Assembly: GCA_964016885.1 (NCBI GenBank)
Contig: OZ024755.1
Coordinates: forward strand, 4,154,001 to 4,218,000
Origin: Eledone cirrhosa
Taxonomy: Eukaryota
DNA length: 64,000 nucleotides
Reading direction: 5' to 3'
Position numbers and translations under genes: made by a program. The notes under the pieces were generated by a model, which saw only the letters and a list, made by a program, of their open reading frames with translations, ran no database searches and was not told where the DNA came from. This document shows positions 53,718-64,000 of this stretch, one piece after another (the first letter of the stretch is position 1; every line of letters begins with the position of its first letter).

Positions 53718-54033
53718 TTAACCCTTTAGCATTTACATTACTCTATATATACTATTGTATTTTCATGCTAAAGGCTTTATCTCACATAATATCTCACATA
53801 ACATTCACATTACTCTATATATACTATTGTATTTTCATGGTAAAGGCTTTATCTCACATAATATCTCGCATAATATCGAATCTATGAGATTTTGATATTA
53901 TTTTGAGATTTTGATATTTATTTTGAGAACAATGCCTTAACATAAGTATGAGTAGCTAGTTACAGCCGGTTTGAACAGAAAGAGGTGAGAGAATTCTGGC
54001 TGGATATGGTCAGTTTAAATGCTAAAGGGTTAA
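53718..54033 (-). mobile_element. piggyBac-like MITE with internal duplication
   Basis: TTAA-CCCTTTAGC...GCTAAAGGG-TTAA. Confidence 0.8.
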
Positions 54034-54389
54034 GATACAGTTCCCATTACTTTCAATGAACACATGTATAACTCTGCCAAAATTATGTTCCAAATACTAG
54101 GCTTCATTCACAGAGAGCCACAAAATACTTCAGCCCAAATCAGTTGGTGACTTTCTACAAAGTTCACATCAGTCCTCACCTATTCACATATCTGCCAATG
54201 CTGCTATATACACAATCAAACTTGTCATATAAGAAAGGAAGCTACCTGGCTGATTGGCAAAGACTGTAACTACAACAATCAGCCAACTGACTAATTTCTT
54301 ATCTCACTTTTTATTGTCATAACAGCTTCTCTTAATCTAAACTTCCTCTAAATTCCAATCATATCTATTAGGGTCAATTTGAATATATG

Positions 54390-54638
54390 AAGGCACATAG
54401 CTTAGTGGTTAGAGCATTGGGCTTGCAATCGAAAGGTTGTGAGTTCAATTCTCAGACCGGGTGATGTGTTGTTTCCTTGAGCAAGACACTTTATTTCACA
54501 TTCCTCCAGTTTACTCAGCTGTAGAAATGAGATGATAGGACTGGGGTCCCTATAATTAAATTACCCAAGACACCTCCGAGATATACCTTAGAGGAGGCCA
54601 GCTAAACCTGCATAGGTGTGAGCTGTCACACACACACA
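54390..54638 (+). mobile_element. Family B tRNA-SINE, variant ending in (CA)n
   Basis: Same head; the 3' part matches 17010-17180 and 53275-53460. Confidence 0.8.
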
Positions 54639-55714
54639 GTTTGAATAGTTAGGTCATTCCCTTATGATAGCTTGTGTTAGTATAAGAAAGAAATGTTTAT
54701 TAAGACAGTTACATCCAACGAAATACAGTTTTTTTTATTACTATCTTATATTTCTTGGTGTGTGTGTGACCTAGTGGTAAGGGTATTGGACTTACCACTA
54801 AGGGTGTCGTAATGTTATGGGTTTGATTACTGGACTAGGCTGTATGTTGTGGGTTAGAGTCCTGGACTGGGTTGTATGTTGTGTTCTTAAGCAAAACACT
54901 TCATTTCATATTGCTCCAGTATACTTATGTGTTTGTGTTCATATATGTATAATGGCGGTACATGGCTTGATTCCTGGACCAGGCTGTGCGTTTGATTCCT
55001 GGACTGGGTTGTGTATTGTGTTCTTGAGAAAACCACTTCATTTCACGTTGCTCCAGTACACCCAGCTGAAAGTGAGTACCAGCAATAGCTGGAGGTTTAA
55101 CCGTTCAATTGACTGGCATCCTGTCTGTGTGGGGAGTTTTGTACTCTGTCACTTAATGTCACAGAAACCAGGATAAGCACCAGCCTGGTGAACCTTGAGG
55201 CTCTAGACAAACTTTTAGACATATATCGACTCACTTTTAAAGCCTTCAAGTTAACTATAGCTAAACTTTCTGTCATGGTTTCTACAGATAGATGCCCTTC
55301 CTTACACCAAACACTTTACAGAATGTACTTGGTCATTAGAGAGATTGTCAAGTTCTCACCAACACTAAGCTACCAATATCTATCATATTCTGTTTCTTTA
55401 CACTGACTTGTAGTTACCAACAAACATTTGCTTATGTTTTTCATTTTATTATAGTTACAGCCAGTACACTTCCACATATATTTCCTCAGCAGTGTGATGA
55501 ACACTTTTTACTCTACTTAGAAATAAAACCGATGAAATGAAGGAATAACTCTTCACACACATTCAGGATCTCTGCTGTTGCTCTCTCTCTCTCTCTCTCC
55601 TGGAAACATAAGATGCTATATGTATATGTGGGTTTGTGTATATGTGTATGTGTGTGTGTTTTGAGGTAATAGTAACACTAAAAAATAATTTCTTAATAAA
55701 GTATTAAAGGGTCC

Positions 55715-55897
55715 TTAGAGTAATGTTATTCAACAGAGCGCATAGCTTAGAGATCAGAGAGTCACTTCGGGTAGAGCCACTATTTCTCCAAATCGAGAGA
55801 TCAGGGCTCCAATATTACGGACATGTGGTTAGAATGTCCTGAGAAATAATTGTTGGGTAGATTTTACAGGCAAAAATCAATCGGCCGCAATCCAGAG
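55715..55897 (+). mobile_element. RTE LINE 3' ORF fragment
   Basis: Translates to EIRESLRVEPLFLQIERSGLQYYGHVVRM, an RTE C-terminal motif. Confidence 0.75.
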
Positions 55898-57061
55898 ATA
55901 TTTTTTAAAAACATTTTCAAATTTACCTTATATTGAACACATCCTAGTTCTGTTATATCGCATCTACAAGATTTTGATATTATTTATTTTGAGAACAATA
56001 CCTTAACATAAGTATGAGCAGTCAGTTATGGCCAGTTTGGACAGAAAGAGGTGAAAGAATTCCGGCCAGATACGGCCAGTTTAAATGCTAAAGGGTTAAA
56101 ATTATATCATCTTAGTCAATCTTAATAATCATTCTAACTCCTAACAAGTTGTGGCACCCTAGAGCCTTGCAAGTTAGAATGGCTCTTCCAGCGCATCTCC
56201 CTTACTATCCTCTGGGGAAACGCCTTCTCCATCCTGTCTGCCGAGCCTGTGGGAAGGCCAGCACATGGGACCCCATTTGCTCACCATACGGATTAATAGG
56301 CAAAGTTATAAACTATTAATAAATTGTGTTTTGATACATTAATTTATTAAATATAACTTATACCGAAGTTATATGAAAATACACGAGAAAGAACACAGAT
56401 GAATCGTGTGATGTTTTTTGTTAAGATGTGTTTGTTTGTAAAAGTATTATTAAAGTTGTAGTTGCGTTCCTTGTGTTCAAGAGGAGCATAAGCAACTAAC
56501 CACATGAGATATCCTAACAAGTTGTCACCCTAATCATCCTTAATAATAATTCTAGCTCCTAACAAGTTGTGTTCATGAAATTCGGGAAGCTTTCCATGGT
56601 CGGCTGACATACAATCTTTACATCCGTGCACTTCACTTTCTTTTTCTTTGATATATACACAATATTTTCATTATCCTTTTGTCTGGCATTTTCCCAGGTT
56701 TCTGAAGGTTGTATTATAATACTTGCCATTTCTTCAGTGGTTCTTTAGCATCAGTTTCAGCTATTTTTAATATGTCAAAATAAGACTTTAACCAACCATT
56801 CTCTCGATATAAGTTGATTATCCTGGCTTAGTGTGTTCTGCCTGTAAGTCATTTTCAAGTTGAGGATCAACTGTATTTAATTAAACGGGTTGCACTCATC
56901 TGCTTCTGTGAGTCTGGATCTGTGTGTGTGGTGTGTGGTGTGGTGTGTGTGTAGTGTGCCCCTGTGTTTGTGGTGTCTGTGTGTTGTGTGTGCCTCTGGC
57001 GTGTGTCTGTCTCTGGCGTGTGTGTCTGTCTCTGGCGTGTGTGTCTGTCATGGTGTGATGT

Positions 57062-57378
57062 GTGTACTTCAATAATATCACACATGTACTTCAATAATAT
57101 CACACATATGTACTTCCATAATATCACACATATGTACTTCCATGATATCACACATATGTACTTCAATATCATCACACATATGTACTTCAATATCATCACA
57201 CATATGTACTTCAATATCATCACACATATGTACTTCAATATCATCACACATATGTACTTCCATAATATCACACAAATATATGCTTCAATATCACATTTGT
57301 ACTTCGATAATATCACACATGTTCTTCCATAATATCACACATATGTTCTTCCATATCACACAGTATGTACTTCCATAA
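57062..57378. repeat. 24-bp minisatellite
   Basis: Repeats of TCACACATATGTACTTCAATATCA-like units. Confidence 0.9.
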
Positions 57379-58199
57379 ATGATTATGGTTTCTGATTTGG
57401 GCTCAAGGCCAACAATTTTGGAGGAGGGACAGTTGATTAAATCGACCCCAGTTCATTACTGGTACTTTATTTTATTGACATTGTAAGGATGAAAAGCAAA
57501 GTTCCCCTCGACAGGATTTGAACACAAAACGTAAAGGGCTGTAACTCTATGCTGCAAAGCCCATTGTTCGATGCTCTACCATTTCTACAATTCAACTGAT
57601 GTTTCCCTAATCACTTCTCTTCGTTTTGTTTGTTAACTTTAAAGCAACTCTTAATTTTCTCTCTAAGTAATTATCTCTCTAAGCATTATAGTAATCAGAT
57701 TTTTTTCTCTAATTATATTAATCCGTAAAATTTGGATTATTTTAGTTAACAATAAAATACTCTGAACTATTTCATGAAAATCTTCTACTGGACATGGTTA
57801 TTTCCATTCCTCTTCAATTTCGGTGAATTCTATCATTTAAACCAGCCATATCCCGCCAGAATACTTTCACCTCTTTCTGTTCAAATCGGTTGTAACCGGC
57901 TGCTCATACTGATGTTAAGGTATTGTTCACAAAATAAATATCAAAATCTCTTAGATTTGATATTATGTGAGATAAAGCCTTTACTGTGAAAAAAACAATT
58001 GTAAATATAGAGTTATGTGAATGCTAAAGGGTTGAATAAAGGTTTGGAAATCAGCATTATTCTTTTGTTATAAATCCTTGGTGTAGATGTAGCAATTTCA
58101 GTTTTACGTATTTTTATAAACTTCTGAATAGAAACATAAAATTCTTTCAATCATTTTAAAATCATAGAAATAACAAGCAAATTTACTCCAAATCACACC

Positions 58200-58572
58200 C
58201 TTTTTTTCTTCTTCTTCTCCCACTTATTCCTGGGATTGTCATGGTGGCAGTCCCTCAACCACACCTTCCATTATATCTTGTCAGAAGGAACTGTCTCCAA
58301 TGAAGCCAGCTGGATCCTCAAGCAAGACCAGCTAAGCTCATGGATATTATTCAACCATCTTTCTTGGGGGGTCAACCCTTGAATATCCTATCGGTTGGTT
58401 TTTTTTCTGTAAAATCTGTCCAGTGATTCTTTCCTGAGACATTCTAACCACATGTCTGTTATATCAGAGCTGTGATCTCTCAATTCTGAGAAGTAACAGC
58501 TCTACCTGGAGCTACTCTCTGATCTACACACTCTATTGAGTAATATTACTCCAAACACCTTTCAGAAGAATC
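58200..58572 (-). mobile_element. RTE LINE 3' end with (GAA)n tail
   Basis: Reverse complement is homologous to 55715-55897 and ends in GAAGAAGAAGAAA. Confidence 0.7.
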
Positions 58573-58824
58573 CCACCTATATTTGCTTCAGCAAATCAGA
58601 TGCTATCATTTTATTCAAGATGTCTTGTAGTTCTGGCTAGATTATCTGAAAAAAAAAAAGTGGAATGGTCACTATTTTATGTTTGAAAAATTGGGCAAAA
58701 ATCGAAACCTTATTTACATAGAATTTGAAGTTGGTGAAAATCATAAAATATTGACCTCCAAATATAAGCTGCCACTCACTTCTACTATTGATTATTTAGT
58801 CACCTATTCCTCCACTTATATTTG

Positions 58825-59410
58825 AGGCACATGGCTTTGTGTGGTTAGCGTATTTGGTCCACAATCGTAAGGTCGTGAGTTCGAATCTCGGTGCCATGTT
58901 GTATCGTTGAGCAAGACACTTTATTTCACGTTGCTCCAGTCTACTCAGCTGGCAAAAATGAGTTGTACCAGTAATTCAGAAGGCCAGCCATGTCACATTT
59001 GGTGTCACGCTGAATCTCCCAAAGAACTACATTAACCCTTTAGTGTTCAAACTGGCCAAAACCAGCCAGAATTCTCTACCTCTTTCTGTTGAAACTGGCT
59101 GTAACTGGTTGCTCATACTGATGTTAAGGTATTGTTCTCAAAATAACTTTCAAAATCTCAGATTCGATATTATGTGATAATTATGCGAGGTAAAGCCTTT
59201 ACCATGAAAATGTAATAGTATATATAAAGTAATGTGAATACTAAAGGGTTAAGGGTACATATGTCTGTGGAATGCTCAGCCAGAACTACATTAAGGGTAC
59301 GCGTGTCTGTGGAATGCTCAGCCACTTGGATGTTAATTTCACAGGCAGGCTGTTCAGTTGATCAATCAATAGGAACACTCGTCATAGTAACCGACGGAGT
59401 ACCTCCAATA
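58825..59410 (+). mobile_element. tRNA-SINE interrupted by a piggyBac-like MITE (59032-59252)
   Basis: SINE head and core at 58825-58970. MITE bounded by TTAA at 59032 and 59249. The SINE tail resumes and matches 4945-5030 in reverse complement. Confidence 0.8.
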
Positions 59411-59804
59411 TGGTAAATTTAACAGCAGGAATTATTCTAGTAAATCTCTTGGGAAATCATGTTTTTTTTTCTTAGCTTTATTTCATAATTATGAATATAT
59501 CAACATGGATTTCTTTCATCCTTTTGTGTTGAAATTTTGGAACTTTGGTTTATAAACAACTTTAATGCCAGCTAGTTTGGTAAGTTTCCTTCTTACGTCT
59601 TCCCTCTTACATCTTCCTTCCTTTCTTTCCCACTCCTTTCCTCCTCCTTCTCCCTTGGAGGGTCATGGAGGGCAGATAAGTTAGGTAGTGTTTATTTTAT
59701 TTAATTTCGCTATATTGATGTCTTCAAATAAGATTGGTAAATTGATATAACTAAGAAAACTGTTTCCCCATCTGATTTGCTTGTTTTTCTTGATAAATAT
59801 TTGG

Positions 59805-60070
59805 AAAAACAGTAATGGCTAGACTGGTTGGCATCAAGAAAACAGTTATGACTTGACTGGTCAGTATCAAGAAAACAGTTATGGCTAGACTGATCTATAT
59901 CAAGAAAACAGTTATGGCTAGACTGATCTATATCAAGAAAACAGTTCTGGCTAGACTGGTCTGTATCAAAAAAACAGTTATGGCTAGACTGAGTAAATAC
60001 CAGTTTTATAGCAGTTATGACTGGACTGATCACTCGATATCAAGAAAAACAGTTATGGCTGGACAGAGTG
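59805..60070. repeat. 33-bp minisatellite
   Basis: AAGAAAACAGTTATGGCTAGACTGATCTATATC units. Confidence 0.85.
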
Positions 60071-60363
60071 AATATCAGTTTTACAACAGTCAAATTTAGA
60101 TTGTTTGAATGCTTGAGAGTAAAAATATAATTGACATTTTTATTAACTCTTAATACTTTTTCTAGGTTTTTTTTTATATCTTCAAAGTTGGATTTCTTAA
60201 CTTACTTTTTCTCAATTATTTGCTTCAAGTATATTTTTTCTCCTAATTGTTGAAATTTCTCTGACCTTTCAAAACCTTTTCTTTTATCTAATGTCAAGGG
60301 GAATTTTTTATATTTTTAATCTCTCGCTCTCTCTCGCTCTCTCTCGCTCTCTCTCGCTCTCTC

Positions 60364-60444
<81 letters not shown>

Positions 60445-61752
60445 GTTATTTTGAACTTGTTCAAATTTAAGAGCTCTTTTAAGTTAGAACTCTCCGGATA
60501 CTGACTGATCGACTGTGAAAAGATTAAGACAATAGCAGACTACCAGATCTTAACTGTCATCCTTTACACCAGTGACTCCCAGCGTGGGGCACCCATGCTC
60601 CCACGGGGAGGGGGAGGGGTGCAATTTGAAAATGATGTTAATGAGAACAAACTTCAGGTTTTACCTTATTACTTTTACACCAAGGTAACTTTGGTACACA
60701 TTACTGTCAGAAACTCCTGTCTCGCCTCCTCCACACATGTTATTGTACATCTGACACCACCTACACCAAGGTAACTTTGGTACACAACACCTGTCTCACC
60801 TCCTTCATTCACGTTATTGTACATATGGCACCACCTATGCACCAATTTGTTTACACTCTGCAGTTGATCATCGTTTTCATATCAAAGGTGGGGGAGGAGC
60901 ATAACAATGTTGAGGTGGGGCATGGTGCCCAAAAGGTTAGGAACCACTGGTTTATGCTATTTTCTGGGTTCCATCAGTCAGACACAGCCATTTAATTTAC
61001 ATGGAATTTATTTATCTAATTCCTTCTCGTGTGTGTGTTTTCTAAACATCTTACCACCATCACCTCCATTCCACCATTGTTTGTCTTTAGGTCAACAAAA
61101 AATTCTCTATTATATTTGGGGGAGTTTTCTAATATACCTTAATTAATAAATAGGTGAAAAGAAAAATAGTAAAAAAAAAAAAACGAACACCTAAACTTAA
61201 AGATGATCCTTCATTGTGCTACTATTTCATCTATGTCATAGAGGCTCTGTATAAACTATTGGTAGTAGTAGTAGTAGTAGCCAAAAGGTAGAGAGTTCAC
61301 ATCTATTGTAACCTTTTCATGGAAGATTGTTTTAAATAAATATAGACACTTTAAAGCCAGCAGTATTATATCACAGAACTATGGATAGTTTCATTTGTAA
61401 TATTGTATCATAGAACCAGAACTAGGGGTAGTTCCAGGTAGTACTGTATCATAGAACCAGAACTAGGGGTGGTTCCAGGTAGTATTGTATCATAGAACCA
61501 GTTACTGTTTTGTAATTGTGGATGCTTTCTAAATATGGAAGTTTTGTGAGTGTAAGTAGCAGTTATTCTTTGTAAATATGGAAGTTTTGTGAGTGTGAGT
61601 AGCAGTTATTCTTTGTAAATATGGAAGTTTTTAGTGTAAGTAACCAATCAATCTTGAACAGCAATGAGGAGAGGAGACATTAGCCTACCTTGTACAATGT
61701 TACAGCATATTATTTGAATATATTAAGAAGATAAGCTGAAGCAATCTTGGTT

Positions 61753-61990
61753 TGTGCAACTTATCTTCAGAAGAGAACCTGTTTCTACATTTATTTTGTG
61801 TGCAACTTATCTTCAGAAGAGAGCCTGTTTGTGCATTTATTTTGTATGCAACTTATCTTCAGAAGAGAGCCTGTTTCTACATTTATTTTTTTATTTTGTG
61901 TGCAACTTATCTTCAGAAGAGAGCCTGTTTGTGCATTTATTTTGTATGCAACTTATCTTCAGAAGAGAGCCTGTTTGTGCATTTATTTTA
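61753..61990. repeat. 46-bp minisatellite
   Basis: Five units of TGCAACTTATCTTCAGAAGAGAGCCTGTTT.... Confidence 0.9.
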
Positions 61991-62050
61991 ACACATGAAC
62001 TCTCTACATTATCATTTATTGTCTAAGTTAAAACCAGACTTGTGTACAAT

Positions 62051-62180
62051 AATTGTTTCTACTTTTGGCACAAGGCCAGCAATTATCCAGTGTATTACTG
62101 GTACTTTATTTTATCGACCCTGTAAGGATGAAAGGCAAAGTTAACCTCAGTGGGATTTGAACTCAGACCATAAAGGGCCA
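62051..62180 (-). mobile_element. Family A tRNA-SINE (5'-truncated)
   Basis: Reverse complement of the central domain and tail. Confidence 0.8.
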
Positions 62181-63207
62181 TGATACACACACACACACAC
62201 GCGCGCACACGCACACACGCGTTTCACTTTGGAGGTGAATATTGCACTGTTGTTTTCGATGTTTTGAATGAATAAGGCCTTCAAAACTGTCAGGAATTGG
62301 TAAAAAAAAAAAATCATATGTAATGGAGTTATGAAATTTTTTATATTTTGATAGAGTATAGATTTGTTTAACAAATATATTCTCCACTCATGAGAATTTC
62401 AAACCTGCGCCATCTAAACATGTTGATTACCTCCCTCAGCTTATAAGTGGGGTTTGGATATTTGCCTATTTCTCAGATGTAAAATAGAGGGGTCAGCTTA
62501 TATATGATTATATATACAGTAAGTAGCCTTATGTGAATTTTATATATTCACTAATTGCCTACTGAGGTAAGACCTTTAGTGGAAGTAATGTGTTTTCTAA
62601 CAGTGCCAATTTTGTTTTTCTTTTTTTGGTCCCATATTCCCCGGCTTATATTTGAGTATATACAATAAATAATTATTGGTTTAAGTCCATAAAATTTGAC
62701 TGTATAGCCAAATGTTGGTGGGGGTTAATTTATTTTTATTGTAATAACTATGTTTGTCTACCACATAGACCTTAACTCTTTAGCATTTAAACCGGCTGTA
62801 TCCGGCCACAATTTCTGTTTAAACTGACCATAACTGGCCACTGATACTGATAAGGTATTGTTCTCAAAATAAATATTAAAATCTCGTAGATTCAATATTA
62901 TGTAAGATATCATGCAAGATAAAGCCTCTACTGGGGAAATACAACAGTGTATATAGAGTATTGTAAATGTAAGAATTTTTTCACCTCTTTCTATTCAATC
63001 CGACCGTAATCGGCCTCTCATACCAATGTTAAAGTAATGTTCTCAAAATAAATAACATAAATCTCATAGCTTCAATATTATGCGAGATAGTCTTTACTGT
63101 GAAAATATGAGTGAATATAGAGTAATGGAAATGTTTAGTTTGTGTAAAAAAACAAAACAATTATTTTGGGGAAAAGCAAAACTTACACGTGATGCATAAT
63201 AATTTGT

Positions 63208-63430
63208 TTAACCTTTTAGCATTTAAACCGGCCATATCCGGCCAAAATTCTCTCAACACTTTCTGTTCAAACTGGCCATAACTGGCCCCTCATACTGATA
63301 TGGTATTGTTCTCAAAATAAATATCAAAATTTCATTGATTTGATATTATGTGAAATAATCATGCGTGAAAAAGCCTTTACTGTGAAAATACAATAGTAAA
63401 TATAGTGTAATGTAAATACTAAAGGGTTAA
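63208..63430 (+). mobile_element. piggyBac-like MITE
   Basis: TTAA-CCTTTTAGC...CTAAAGGG-TTAA. Confidence 0.8.
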
Positions 63431-64000
63431 TATCAATTTGCAATTTCAACCCTTGTAACAGTTTTAACACAACAACCAAAAATAATCAAAAATTACTTTT
63501 TTCTTGTGTTTCACTGTATTCAGTTTCATCATGTGATTGAGGCCATACCTAGATTAATGTAACTATGACCTCTCCTGACCTCTCAAACATCCAAATCTTT
63601 AAGCCCTTCATCAGCCTTCTCGCATTCCTCTCTCTTTATTGACCTGAAATTTCTTTAATCCTTCAGCCTCCCTCTATTCCATCCCTTGACTCTAGAGAAT
63701 AAAACCTCATCTAGATAAAGCAATTAGCAATAAAATTAGGATTTAAATTCTTAAATATTTGATACTAATCCATTAATCCCGTTGGGTCTCCCTCACTGTT
63801 ACTTAGTAAAACATTATTTATTGTTGATATAACCATAAATTGGTCAAACATAAAGAAAAAGAAAGCAGTATTGGAAAGCACTATAAATGCCATGAGACAA
63901 AAGGAGGAGGAAGAGCAAGGACTATTAAACAAAAGAAGAGGAAAGGGGGAAGCAGAGAGGGGGACAAACTTTACACTCTAGGTCGGAGAGGTGTTTCAGC

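Overview
AT-rich, repeat-dense eukaryotic DNA, most likely from an octopus or other coleoid cephalopod. That assignment is inferred from the (TA)n density, the tRNA-SINE families and a mollusc-type 5S fragment. The only credible host gene is the first coding exon (32134-33589, +) of a neural/type III classical cadherin-like gene. It encodes a signal peptide, two cadherin repeats, an RRRR furin-type site and the start of a further repeat. Everything downstream looks like intron. Almost all other ORFs in the track are microsatellite artefacts. The remainder is tRNA-SINEs, RTE and CR1-like LINE relics, Tc1/mariner-like and piggyBac-like MITEs, and mini/microsatellites. The main hidden signal is that the 'unique' islands between (TA)n runs in 1-45 kb are mostly small elements carrying type I hammerhead ribozyme (HHR) motifs (CUGANGA-stem II-GAAA-palindromic stem III-UH), from roughly ten sequence families. 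They often occur as divergent fold-back pairs with both ends in (TA)n. The best case is a 310-bp, highly self-complementary, HHR-containing tandem array with an inversion (5938-7362) that looks like a retrozyme (circular-RNA retroelement) related to Penelope-like elements. Also notable are a 615-bp satellite built from a decayed LINE reverse-transcriptase fragment and a palindromic repeat carrying two convergent tRNA-like Pol III heads. Ribozyme calls come from manual motif and pairing inspection only; no activity is shown.
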